A stretch of DNA of 64,000 bases from Anolis carolinensis. Taxonomy: Eukaryota. How positions within the stretch are numbered: position 1 is the first letter of the stretch; the number at the start of each line of letters is the position of its first letter. Positions 37,065 through 50,680 of this stretch are shown here, one piece after another. Location of the stretch: NCBI RefSeq assembly GCF_035594765.1, contig NC_085842.1, positions 49,948,782 through 50,012,781 on the forward strand, read 5' to 3'. The notes beneath the pieces were generated by a model. It saw only the letters and a program-made list of their open reading frames with translations. It did no database searches and was not told the DNA's origin. The position numbers and the translations under genes were made by a program.

Positions 37065-37197
37065 CAGTAATTCTCAACCTTTGGTCCTCTAGGTATTTTG
37101 GACTTCAGATCCCACAACTCCTAACAGCTGGTAAGATAGCTGGGATTTCGGGAGCTAAGTCCAAAACACCTGGCGAACCAAAGATTGGGAACCATTG
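37065..37197. mobile_element. hAT MITE (a truncated second copy lies at ~37235-37333)
   Basis: CAGTAATTCTC...GGGAACCATTG; TSD GACTAGAT/GGCTAGAT. Confidence 0.8.
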
Positions 37198-40034
37198 GGC
37201 TAGATCACAGTTAGGCAATCTGGAAATCTCTAGATCAGTGTTTCTTAAACTATGTTCCTCCAGGTGTTTTGGGCTTCAGGTCCCAGAAATCCCAGCCAGT
37301 TTACCAGCTATTAGGAATTGTGGGAGCTGAAGTGATAGTTTCTTGTCCCCACATTTAAAACTTTATGCATTAAGGAGTAGGTACTAGCCTACTTTGTGAC
37401 CTGTGAAATCATTTCCCAGTTTAAGCCTCCAGATATTCTGGAGGACATCTGGGAATGTTTTGAAAATTCTATCTTCCAATTTTTATCCCAACCATGCTCT
37501 TGTCCTATACCAAATCACAAAGATGGCTATATAGCAAGCGTGGGAGTCATGCAGTATCAAGATGTTCATGGATTGCAGTTCTATTAGCCATGGTCCATAC
37601 TGCCAGTGGGTGTTGGATTCTGGGAGTCTATTAAGTCCACCCACATTTTTGGCAGGCACATGATTTCCACTCTTTCTGTATAGTTTAGACAAGGATTTCC
37701 ATAAGTAAGTGTATCATCACAATTCACAAAAAAAGCTAGGTTCCTGGGAGAAGTACCATTCATAACTTCAGGAATGACTCTCAGAAATGTGAGGAATCAA
37801 ACAGATCCATTAATTTGTGAGAACAAAAAGAACCCAGCCATCTCTGTGGACACATGCAGCATAAACCTATTTAAAAACACATTATAGTGCTTAACACAGT
37901 CATCCACCAGAGTCAATATGCAATTTTTGCTTTGGGATTCAAAATCGAGAAATATTTGTAGGAAGCTTAATCATTTTCCTCCCTTTTGTACTGCTCTTCT
38001 TAGTGTTCCTGATTTCAAAACATTATGGATAAGCAGACTTATTTCCACACTTGAGGGAGACTGTAATTTATTTTGGGAATTGGTACAAATTTGCCTGCAT
38101 TATAAGCAGGAGAAGTAAATACAGCACATTATTACTTTTATGCAACTCTTAAAAAATTGAAAAGACAACAGTGTTGTTAAATATCCATCTGTTTGTCTAG
38201 TGTCACAAATAAAAAACAAAAAACATGATGTTGCTTTCTTTATAGCCTTCAAATGGAGATTGGTTCTCCTGATTTAATTAACTGTAAGTTTTGAAGCAAA
38301 ACTAATGTTTTTCTCTCAAATTCAGAATCTGGAGTTTACCTCAAATCTCCTGTCAGTAGGTTTTAAAAAGACAAGATACAAATGAATGGAAACACAATAA
38401 GGTTCAGAGGTAACAGAAGACAGATGGCAACTTAACAGGGAATGTGATATTGATGCATCAGATATGACAATAAAAATAAATTAGCACCTCAGGTTGCAGT
38501 GCCTAATATTGTCATGTTGTTTTGTCAATTAAAACAGGGGTGAGGAGACTTTTGGTTTCAGCAATAGCCTTTTTTTCCCTTCACTACATCACTACATCAT
38601 CAGGATCCACTGACCAAAACCTGGTTTAAAAAATATTAGCACGTGCTCTGTTATTTGTTCCATTCGGGGATTATAGATTGTTGAATCAGTTTTCTCCCCA
38701 CTGCTGGACATATTTTGTTTTTTAAAAATTGCAGTTTTAGAAGAGGTCTTAAAAAAGGAGTGAGACTCTAATGGAAGGATGCGGTGAGGGCAGAAGGCTA
38801 TGATCTTCCATGATCTCTCTGAGTTCCTCCGCACCAGTCTCCTTCATAACATTGGAAGGATGAAAGGAGGCAAGAGAGGACCATGGAAGGTTATAGCCCC
38901 AATTTCCCTGTCTCATTATATGAAGCAACCAAAGAAAAAAGATTGTCTTCTCTACCTATGCCAGATGTTCTATGATGATGGACTCCCACACAGCCCACAA
39001 CTATCCTTCTCACTGGACTATCCCACAGCCCTCACCTCATGGTAAAATCAAAATAGGTGAATCTAGGCTGTAGGGTGGCTAACAGTAGTCCTTCAATCTG
39101 TTTGAGGACTGTGGGGAATTGGAAAGACAGTTATATAACAATTCTCCTTGTCAATGTTATTGTATACTATCTTCTTGCTGTCCCTTATCCTATCATGTAC
39201 AGACTTAAAGAATTCTGACCCATTATTATTTCTCTAATCCTTTTCTATACTTGGATTTGACATAATTCTATGGTTAAGTGTAAATTGTTTTGTCTCATTC
39301 ATATGGAGTTATGCATGGTTTAACTAACTGCTAAAGAACAGTAGCCAACAGACTTGGCTTTGAACCAGAAAGCCCCTGGTTGACTCTTGTTTGTGCCATG
39401 ATGTCACCAGATGACTGTCTCAGCATCATCATGTAGATCATCCTGGGTGTTTGGTGGGTGACAAGTGCATTTTATACCTTAAATAATTCATTCAGGCAAT
39501 CATTCTTGATGTGATTGTACAGTCATGGCAAGAATTCCCTGTTCTGGTGTGATTTAATCAAGGCACACAAAGGTATTTTAAGATGCATTTTTCCCTGAAT
39601 GAATGAATGAATGGGGAGATCTAGGTGCAAAAAGAGATTGAAATATGATGCATTTGTGCTGCCTTGCAGACTGTGCTTGACATTGAACCGTATAAGTTGT
39701 GGAAGATTCAAATGAGAAGAATTTTTTGTGGTCTAAATTCTATGTTGTTCAGGTAATTGCAGTAGAGCCTTCTCTTCTTTGCCTTTGGCACCCCTGTGGA
39801 CATTCTGAAAATAATGTCTGTGGAAGTTCCCCCTGGTTCTAGAGTTTAGTTTGGTAATTCATGGATCCCACTGTTGTGCTTGCAGATTCTGCTACTGAAT
39901 CCCATCCCTCCCCCCCACCCCCCGGCCAATTTTGCTTTGCCTCACACTAGCCATCTTGCTACCATTTATTGACTGATTTGTCTTGTTGGAACTTCTCTGT
40001 ATTCATTTTTGTTTTTATCAACTGAAGTAATTTT

Positions 40035-40720
40035 GGGGTTGTTGTATGTCTTTCGGGCTGTGTGGCCATGTTCCAGAAGTATTCTCTCCTGACGTTTCGC
40101 CCACATCTATGGCAGGCATCCTCAGAGGTTGTGAGGTATGGATAAATTAAGTAAGGAAAGGAAAGAATATATATCTGTGTATAGTCCAAGGTGTGGCAAG
40201 AGTTTTTTGTCACTGGGAGCCAGCATTAATGTTTCAGTTAATCACCCTAATTGGCATTGGAAATGTTTTGTCCCTTGCCTGGGGGCATCCTTTGTTCAGT
40301 CAAGTCCTTATTGTGTTGGTTCCCATCTACTGTTTTGATTTTGGAGTTTTGTAATACTGGTAGCCAGATTTTGTTCATTTTCATGGTTTCTTCCTTTCTG
40401 TTGAAGTTGTCCACATGCTTGTGGATTTCAATGGCTTCTCTGTGTAGTCTGACATGATAGTTGTTAGAATGGTCCAGCATTTTTGTGTTCTCAAATAGTA
40501 TTCTGTGTCCAGGCTGGTTCATCAAATGCTCTGCTATGGCTGATTTCTCTGGTTGAATTAGTCTGCAGTGCCTTTCATGTTCTTTGACTCTTGTTTGGGC
40601 GTTGCGTTTGGTGGTCCCTATGTATACTTGTCCACAGCTGCATGGTATCCGGTAGACTCCTGCAGAGGAGAGAGGATCCCTCTTGTCCTTCGCTGACCAT
40701 AGCATTTGTTGGATTTTCTT
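40035..40720 (-). mobile_element. Penelope-like element, 5'-truncated, with GIY-YIG endonuclease
   Basis: GVYRIPCSCGQVYIGTTKR...REAIEI; perfect 12-bp TSD TGAAGTAATTTT (40023-40034, 40721-40732). Confidence 0.95.
40088..40128 (-). ncRNA. Minimal hammerhead ribozyme in the Penelope pLTR
   Basis: CCU-CUGAGGA-U-GCCUGC(cauagau)GUGGGC-GAAAC-GUC-AGG. Confidence 0.75.
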
Positions 40721-42512
40721 TGAAGTAATTTTAATATAATGTTTGTAGTCTACACTATGGAAAAACAAATTACTATAAACACAGATCTGTTACAAAATTG
40801 TATATGAGGAGTGTATGTCTTGTTCATCGTTGGCAGAAATGTATCCAATTGTCTGGTGATTATGTGGAAAAGTGAATAGTGGTAGTTAAAGAACACATTC
40901 TAAGCATTATTTCTGCATTTGATTTATTAAAATATTCGCATCCAAACGCAAGTAACGGAGGTGGAGGCATTACTTTTCATTCAACCCTTGTATTTTAATT
41001 TTAAATAATTATTATATGCTTCCTTTTTATTCATGACTAAATGAAAAATTGTGATTGTCCTCCAGAATGCTCAGTGTTATTATTTTGTTCCTTTATGTGA
41101 AGAAGAAACCTTCCATTCCACACTTCACTCACACCTAAAACCCTGAAAGATTCAGGTGGCTCTTCTGGAGTAGCATCATAGAGAGAGGGAGTTAGTTCTG
41201 ATGCTTGCTATGAAATTCCTTACTTTCTCTGTGTTGAAAAGTAAATGCTTTCATAAAGAATTTTGATATCTGCTGCACTGATCATTGCAGGACAGCAAAG
41301 TCAGGATAAAAATGCCAGGCAGGCAGTAGGGTCGAAAAGACTTTACACAATTATGTTTCTTCCTTTTCATGGCTCTCCATATATTTCTTTTTGCTGTATG
41401 TATCTTACTGGCATTTAAATTCCATTTTATGTGTTAGACAGCCCAGAACTTGAACTGGAAAAGATGTAAATATACCTGTATGATTAATAATACTAACTCA
41501 TAATAACATTTATTTATAATACCCATTTCACCAAAGGCAAGAACATCAACATATGCAATGAAGGACAAGGACTGAGACATAACACTATAAATATACATGA
41601 AATGAAACTCCCAATACACCCATCACTATTCATCTCAGCAACCTCAGGTATAGCTCAGTAGCTCAGTTGGCAAATCAAAGAGGAATGCTTTCAATCCCTC
41701 ATAAAAACAGGTGAGACCTTCCTCTAGCTGAGGGTCCAAAGGAAGATGGTTCAAGAAATGTAGAGCCAGGTCTTGAAAGACTTGCAGCCTTGACAGAGCT
41801 GTGCATGTTGATGGAACAGATAATTATCCTTCCCTTGCCAATTCTAGATTCCCAGGTGGTGCATACCACACTTGCAGAGCTGCCAGGTACTGGGGAAAGA
41901 TTAGGACAAAGAGCTCTAAATACCAAAATCAAAAGTTCCAAACAGGCCTGGCCTGGAGGCCAGTGAAATGATATATACAGAGAAGAGACATGTGAATAGT
42001 GTCAATGCCTTAATACACATATACATACAATTACACATATACATCCACACATGCATACATATTGGAATCAAGTTGAAATCTTCCAACAATGGTTATACAG
42101 AAATACAGTTAAACTTTGAAACAAATTGGACAAAAAGGTGAGACCATTTAGTTGCATTTGGCAACATCTGGCTGCCCCATGACTGACAATATCAGCAGTT
42201 GGGTTTTTTTCTCCGTTAGCTTTGCCAGAGTCAATGAGAAGAAGAAAGCGGATCAGGTGTTTTTTTGTTTTTTTGTTTTTTTTTGGCAAAGCTGGTCTTC
42301 CACTAAAGCAGTTAAGGCAATAGTCTTAAGGCACCATTCTCTCAGGGGTTTTTCTCAAGACTCTTCCACTGAAACAGAATTAAGGCATCTTTCTTAAGGC
42401 AACACTCTTTCTGGGATAGTTTGCAATCAAGACCCTTCCAATGAAGAAGAGTTAAGGCACCCTTTTTAAACACTTATTTCAGCTGGAACCACGCTGCCTA
42501 AAGGAGCACTAC

Positions 42513-44237
42513 TGTTGCACCCTGTCAGGACCCTGACTGCGGAGCACCAATAACCATGCGCAGAGACCAGAATCTATCTAATATCTTTATTAAGGAAATA
42601 TATAAAGTCAATAAAAATAAGTGTAGAATATAGTTCAGAAGTAGACCTTTCAGGAAAGGTCAAATATAGTCCAGGGAAACAATGTCCAATATGAGATATT
42701 AAAGCCCAAAGTTGTAATCCAATAACCGAAACACACACTTTGCCAAGCAAAGTGAGGGGAAATGACAAGGTCCTTTAGTCCATGGAGCTTGATGCAAGGC
42801 TGGAGAGCAAACTAGATTCTTGGCAAACAAGGCTTGATTCAAGGTAACAAGAAGCGAGGAACAAGAACAGGGTCCGTGCAAAAATCCGTGGCGAGGTCCA
42901 GGGAACAAGGCAGGGCGGGAACGAGAACAAGGTCCTGGAAACTGAAGTAGCGTAGTCCGCACACAATCTACTCCCGAAGTTGACGAATTGACTCCGCAAG
43001 GAATCCTTGTGGCCAAACACCTATATAGGATCTTGTTTTCCCACCAAAGAACACTTTCTCTGGGGAACAAGAAACGAAACCTATTCTGTGTCCAGATGCA
43101 GGACTCCTTAAACTTTCCCAAGGGAAACAGACTTAATCATCTAATTGTCTGGCAGCAATCCTGGCGCTCCTGCGAGTCGCCTCCCGAGCGCTTCTATCTT
43201 GATTATAATAAAGGCGTCGAGAAAATGGGGGAGATTTCTGCTCAAGGCTTGTTTGGCTGACTTCTTGTGGGCAAACATCTTGCAGCTGCAAGGGCTCCAA
43301 ATCCGGCAGAAACGGTGGGAAACCCAAGTTTTCCTCTTCATCTGTCACAACAGTACTAGGAACGGGACTACATGGCCCATGAGTCATCACACACCCCTAG
43401 TCTGCAGAGACACCTCAAAATCACACTGGAGCCCCAGACTATAAGCAAAGCAAGTTGTTTATTGAAGAATATATGTAAGCAATAGCAAATCAATATCAAA
43501 CACAGGAATAAACTTCAACAAGGTATCAAAATTAGTCCAAGGAACAGGAACAAGACTGGAACAAATAACAGGGTCTTTGACTGGAACAAGGAATCCAAAC
43601 TGCAAAACTTTCAGGAACAATGACTGGATAATCCAAAATTTCCCAAGAGCAAGAACAAGGACTGGAACAGGACTCTAGATACAGGGCTACATGAACTTGA
43701 CATGAAAATCCACTGGAACATGAAACAGGATTCTATGAGTCCATGAACAGGAACCATGCTTGATGAGCAAAGTTACCACCTCTGAAAATCTCTCTCAGAA
43801 GCAGTTCCTCTTAAAGCTGAAATCAAGGCCGCTTTCTGTGGGAAGTTTGTTCAAAACCTTTTCTCATTAACAGCCTTCTGTTTTGCCTCAAAACCTTCCT
43901 TTCTTGTCTCTGCTGACATATAGCTTTCTTTCTGTCAACCTCGTTCATCTTATCACAACTGAAATGCCCATCTGTCAAGGGATTGTTCGACCTTGACTAT
44001 CCCAAGGAATGCGGTTCAAGCTGCCTGTTTAAAACTATTGTATGCTTGCTCTCAGAAACTTAAGGGACAAACTCTGGCTGACCAGGAACAGCAGCTTCAT
44101 CCAACTCTGGCTGCATGGGAATCCTACTACACCCCAAGCCATATTTATCTGATAGGTCAGGTGAAGGTACAATCACAGGCTGAACGGGACCAACATCAGG
44201 CTCACCTGATAGCTCAGGTGCAGGCTGGGATACAACA
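42513..44237 (-). mobile_element. Older solo LTR interrupted by a younger solo LTR
   Basis: TGTTGCACCC...GGGATACAACA inverted termini; TTTATT near the left end; TSD degraded. Confidence 0.7.
42523..43391 (-). mobile_element. Solo LTR (probably Gypsy), 869 bp
   Basis: TG...CA ends; perfect 5-bp TSD CACCC (42518-42522, 43392-43396); related to 5805-6571. Confidence 0.9.
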
Positions 44238-46324
44238 ATTAGTAGACCACCTGCAGGAATGCCCCATTTGGAAATTAAACATGAAGAAATCCTCTGTGTT
44301 TTTTTAAATCACATGAAGGAGAGAGTTAGCCTGACTCCATTAAGTGCCCAAGGGAGAATATTATTTCAATTTCAATTCTTCCCTAGCCCTATCTTCTGGC
44401 TTCAGTATTCTATCCCGCACTAGCAGCCCCCCCCCCCAAATTTAAAGTTTGAAAAAGAGCCCCCAACATTTTGAAACTTGGGGGGCTTGCAGTTGTAAAT
44501 GTGTCCTCCACATGTGGCCATTTTTGTCCCGATAGCCATAAAATTAACAGAGAGAGGAGCATTGCAAGTTCGCCCATTGTTGCCAATGAGCCAGAACATC
44601 CCAGAACGTAAATGGAACGTCCGGCTGTGGATCACAGAATGCTGTTTCCCCCTTCTGATGAAAATGGAACTGAAAATAAGACAGTTTTTGATGTATTGCA
44701 TACTCCTAATATCTTTGGATTTTCCCAGGCCAATGGAATAATTCTTCCATGTTGTCTCTGTATAGACATTTGGGGTAGAATCTCAAGTGAGAGGAATATA
44801 TAGTGCTGTCTATAGCTATAAAATGTTTGTGTCATCATATGACCTGATTTTGTCAAAATATACAAGATTTTACATATTTATATTTTATATTTTATTTAGT
44901 TATGGCCTAAATTCAATTGTTAACTTCTGCTAGAGCAGAGTTACTGAATCAATCAGAAACTTTGTCCACCCTTGATCTAAGGTCATGGAGTTCAGCCTTT
45001 TGGATCTTGTAATTGTATAAGTATGTATAGGAATGAGTAGATAGACTGAAGAAGGTATTTCTCCATGATGAAGAAGACTGGTACTACATTTCACAAAACT
45101 TGTAATGAATATGAAAAGACTGGCAACAGAACACTTGCTAGTTGACTAACCTGTTTGCATCTTGATTAATCCAAATCATTGTCTACATGATACCTGCACT
45201 TCCTTAGATCAATAACATTATGGAGACAGATAATAAAATTCTAGACAACCTCTGGAAGGTCACATGAAAAGAAGATACCGACCAACCATTGAATACTTAT
45301 ACTTTCATGGCAGTTAATAGCCAACTTTGTTTTGGAATAAAAAAAACAACAGTTTTTATTGTCATTGACTAAACAAGAAAAAAAAATAGACAGATGTAGG
45401 TAGAGAAAAATACAATATATGATTAAGCCAGCTATTCAGCACATTTAGCTGCCATGGTTGCCTCTGCCTCCCAAACCCTGATGCTGGAGTAATTGTCTTT
45501 CTTAAAAATGTAGCACATTTGAGACATACATTTCCCAAACTTCTTATTTTAAGAGTTAGAAAATTTGAACAGGTTTGACATAACTTGAAATGAGGTTGGG
45601 ATTGAAAGGTGATGTGCATGTTTTTATAATAAATCACAATGGTGTCATTACCTACTGTGAATGATTACCATACTTGCCGTTTGTACGTCTGAATTTTGCA
45701 TGCATTGATTATAGTCTTTTCAATTTATTGTCAGAGTATTTTCAGTTCTTTTGTTTTTGTACACACAAGTGCGTATCTACAAGCAGAGTGAATTCTAGAC
45801 AGAAAAAAATTGTGCCAGAACAGATTTTTAGTAGTTTTCAAGTTACACAAGTATTCTTGTGTTTGGTGGTAGAGGCTAAGGCTCTTGTTCTTGCTTAAGT
45901 AGATAATACCAACAAAGATAAAGATGACATTTCTCTGACACTGTAAGGATAGTCTATGGTCAACAGACCACACAGTGGCAAGGGGTTGAGCAAGTAGTCA
46001 CATGAAAATTAGGAAGTTGTTTTTCAGATGCCACTTTAATTAAAAAGAGAAGAGTAAGATGAAGAAGTCTCCCAAGATTTTGTTAGACTCCAGGTCCTGC
46101 TAGCCCTAGCCCATGATGCAAGCAGTCAGGAATGGGAGAAGGTAGAGTCCAATGACATCTCAAGAGACAAAATTTCCTCACTACCTGGATATAATAACTA
46201 AAGGCCGGAGCCATAATTTTTGGGCAGAAATCTGCTAATGCAAGGAGCACCAAATTATTCTGCTCTGAATTCTTATTTGGTCATTCACTTGGCATCATAT
46301 ACATGCAACATCTGGGAGCTAAAG

Positions 46325-47660
46325 TAACAATTCTAATAACCTTAGAATTACAGAATCATAAAACAATAAAGTTGGGCCATCTAGTCCAACTCCCTGCCAT
46401 TCAGCAAAAGCATAATCATAATACCCATGACAGATGGCCATCCAGCCTCTGTTTAAAAGTCTCCAAGGAAGGAGCTTCCACCACACTCTGGGGCAGAGAG
46501 TTCCACTGCTGAACAGCTCTTACAGTCAGGAAGTTCTTCCTAATGTGCAGATGGAATCTCCTTTCTTGTAATTTGAACTCATCACTCCAAGTCCTAGTTT
46601 CCAGGGCTGCAGAAAACAAGCTTGCTCCCTCTTCCTTACGACTATCATGTTTCCTCTCAACCTTCTCTTCTGGAGGCTAAACATATCCAGCTCTTTAAGC
46701 TGCTCCTCATAGGCCATAGTCTCCAGATCTTTGATCATTTTAGTCGCCCTCTTCTGTACACCTTCCAGCTTGTTTATATCTCTTTTCAACTGTGGTGCCC
46801 AGAACTGGACACGGTATTCCAGGTGAGGGATAACCAAAGCAGAATACAGAGGCACCATGACTTCCCTTGATCTACATTCTATACCCCTTTTGATGTAGCC
46901 CAAATTCACATTGGCTTTTTAAGCTGCTGCCTTACACTGTTGATTGATGTTCAACTTGTTGTCCATGAAGACTAGAAAATCTTTTCACATGGACTTTTGT
47001 TGAGCCAGGCATCACCTATTCTGTATTTTTATATTTCATTTTTTCTGTCTAGGTGGAGTATTTTACATTTGTCCTTGTTGAAATTTATTTTGTTAGTTTT
47101 GGCCTATCTCTCTAATCGGTTAAGGTCATTTTGAATTCCGATCCTGTCCTCTGGAGTATTAGCTATCCTTCCTAATTTGGTGCCATCTGCAAACTTGAAA
47201 AGCATGTCCTCTAAACCTTCATCCAAGTCATTAATAAAGATGTTGAACAGTATTGGGCCCAGGACCAAACCCTGTGGCACTCCACTAGTCACTTGTTTCC
47301 AGGATGAAGTGGAACCATTGGTGCGCACCCTTTGGGTTCGGACGCTTAACCAATTACAGATCCACCTAATAGTAGCATTGCCTAGCCCACATTTGTTTGC
47401 AAGAAGGTCATGGGAGAACTTGTCAAAGACCTTACTGAAATCAAGATATGCTACATGACCAGCATTCCCTACATCTACCAAGCTTTTAACTATAAAAAAG
47501 AGATAAAATTAGTCTGGCATGACTTGTTTTTGAAAAATCACAGCATTTCTAAGCGATTACAGACTGCCTCTTTATTGATCTACTTCAGGATGTTTCCTAG
47601 TATTGATGTCAGGCTGACTGGAAAGGAATAGTTTTTTTGGGTCCTCTTTTTCCCTTCTCA
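46325..47660 (-). mobile_element. CR1 LINE fragment (RT and 3' end), decayed
   Basis: [47 protein letters not shown]. Confidence 0.92.
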
Positions 47661-47687
47661 AATATAGGGGCAGCCTTCTTTGCAGTC

Positions 47688-47718
<31 letters not shown>

Positions 47719-50644
47719 GGGGAGGAGGGGGAGAGAGAGAGGGAGAGGTAGAGTTCTTGGAGTTTTTAATGCTTGTTTTCATTCAGCAGTCGTTTTTTCT
47801 CTGTTTATCTATGTAAGAGTTTCACTGATATTTTAAAGCTGGGCTTAATGCACAACAACTTCTCACACTTTCACTTCAGTGTATCATTACATGGATGTTC
47901 CATCAGGCTATTCCTGGTCTTTCTTGCCCTTTCAGCTCAGTAAGATGCCAAAATCTTTGGCAAGAAAAAATGATTACTGTTCTTTCAAAAGAAACGCTAG
48001 CATTTCTCTCTTCCCACACACAGACATTATAACTGTTGTAGGAAAAAAAAAACCCTGTGAGGTAGTACTTGTGGTTTATGGCATGCTGTTCTGAACTCTT
48101 TCACTTATAATTGAGACATCTTCCTTTATTATTCTCTCTGCAAAGCAGACCCCCCCCCCCAACCAGCCAGCAAACGTACTATTTTAACATACTTGACATA
48201 TAAAAATATATAACCCTCCCAGAGTTTCTGGAGTTCATCTCCCATTCCTTGACTATGTTGTATGGAAAAGTTCACAGTTTCTGTGCTCTTCAAGTTCTCT
48301 CACCTGTTACAACATTCCTGCAGCATTATTATGTAGATTTTACTGCATGTTGAGTCTTTGCACAAGAAGGCAATGTTTCTAGTTTCTCCTCTACACCTCC
48401 TTTCATCTATTAATAAGATTTTTTAGATAGTTGGGATACTGAAATACCATGAGAAATAAGACAGGGAACTGGTCACCTCCAGGCATGTAGCTACCACAAA
48501 GCCCCCCAAAAGAACCCCTAAAGGTATTTTAAACATACTCACTCCCCCCCCTTATGTTCCTCCTCAGACCCTCCTGGCATGAGGAAATGATGCACCAGAA
48601 GAGGGGGTCAGGAGGAAAACCCCTCTTGCCCCCGCCCAGTCTTCTGGAATATCAGTTCCTCACATCAGGAGGGTGTGAGGAGGAACATAATGGTGGCTGG
48701 GTAAGTTTAAAAAAATTATGGGGTAATTGGAGGGCTGTAGGAGAGGCTGGGTGCCATCTCGGACCTTTGTGCAAATGGGTTCTCACCAGGAAGATCCAGA
48801 TCTAATTGAAGGCCCTAATCTAATGAGATGTTTAATTAATTTTGAATAATCAAGGTTATTCTGAATTAATTTGTTTTTACTGCGGGCATCATTTCGACAC
48901 CCTGGGTAAAAACCCAGACAGGTACTGTATTTTGAGCCTGTTTGATGGGCTCTGAATGAGGAATTTTCAAAACACTGTACTCTTCCTTGGCTATATTTGA
49001 ATTCTCTCTAAAAATGGAAGTAATGTTTCCATATGCAGAAGGAACCCAGTATCTAACCCTATTATACTTCATAGTTGTACTTTTTAACCTGTGACTCAAA
49101 GTGTTTGTATTTGAGGTAAAACGGGAACATGGATCAGTCTCACTTCACTCATTTGCTCTAAGATCCCAGAGAACCATTTTCCCCCAAGTACCAATTACTG
49201 TGAATAGAAGGAAGTGTCAGTTGCTGTTTGGCTCTGTGTGTCCCTTGAGAATGGCACAGACAAATCCCCAGCTCCAATGCTTGCTACTTAAATTGTTTGA
49301 TACTACTCTGTAACTTGATGCAACTCATGTTCCCATAAGACCCTGTGGATTGAGAGTCATTAGGTCCTATGTATACTTCTTCCCAGCCTCACTTCCTTCT
49401 TGAATTACTTCAAAATGAAAACTTTCTCATCTATTTTGGGAAAGTTTGAGGGAAAAACACTTTCATTTGTAAAATGCAGTTTCAAACGTTTGTGGCATTA
49501 AAAGCAACTGCTTTGAAGATGTTAATTAAAGACATTTTCCACACTTTGGCAAATATTATTGTTCCGTTGCTTTTACCAGCTGCTTCTTCAAATGGTAGAA
49601 CTAAACAGACATGAATAAAGCAGTACATTTACGAGATTCAATCCAAAGACCCTTAAAACTTGTCTTATCTAAACCTTCATAATGTGCTTCACAACTGTTG
49701 ATGTAATCATTCTGTAGCATCTAAGGATTAAAGGAAACTAGGACATATTTTCCATTTGATGAAAACTAAATTAATGTCCTGTTTTATATGCACTTGCAGC
49801 AGAAAAAAACAGTGGGAACACTGATTTTGCATGGATATGTTTCCAGTTTAGTATTTGGGGAGAAAAGGAACTGGAACAATTTTCCATCAACCTGCATATT
49901 TTCCTATACTACATACTTCAAAAAAGTGAGGTGATACCAAAATGTTCGCTGAAGCATTTAGAACTTATATCTAGATGGGGTCATGACAGCTTAACTAGCT
50001 TAATTAATTACTTAACAATTAAGTAATTAAGGGGCATGTCCAATTGAGGGGAATCATAGCCTGAACTCAGCAATCCTCCTCACTTGGGACCATACTAGTT
50101 CACTCACCACACTTGCTCCATAATGCAAACCAAGTGTAAACAAACATGTTGGGAGTGAGGTGAGCAAATAGGGTATTGTTTATCTGTTTGCTGTCAGCAA
50201 AAATGTGACATGACACTGGTTTAAAACATGGTTAACTACATCAAGATGTTGTAATATGGCAGCACTTTGCTTTTTCCTGAGTTATTAAGATGGGTAAATG
50301 TTTGCCTTTTTCTGTCTTCTCCCACATTTCTACCTTAGTCAACTGATTGGAAACAGTTCTTGCACATTAAACTCAATTTGCAACAATTGAAGAAGACTGA
50401 GGATGAATAGGAAAACTGGGAGAAGGAAAGAGAAAATGCATTTTTGACTATTCTGAAAATGTGGAATGGCAGAGGATTTGTCTGGATATTTTGAAGATAT
50501 ACACATGTAATCCAAGGGATATTTTTGAATACCAGGACTTCCATGGAACAACAACACTTCCCAAAATACCATTTTTGGTACATTTTCTCTTTGCCTTTCT
50601 TTGTCATTTTAAGGCCAGGAGAACCCCCCCCCCCTTTTTTTTTC

Positions 50645-50680
<36 letters not shown>

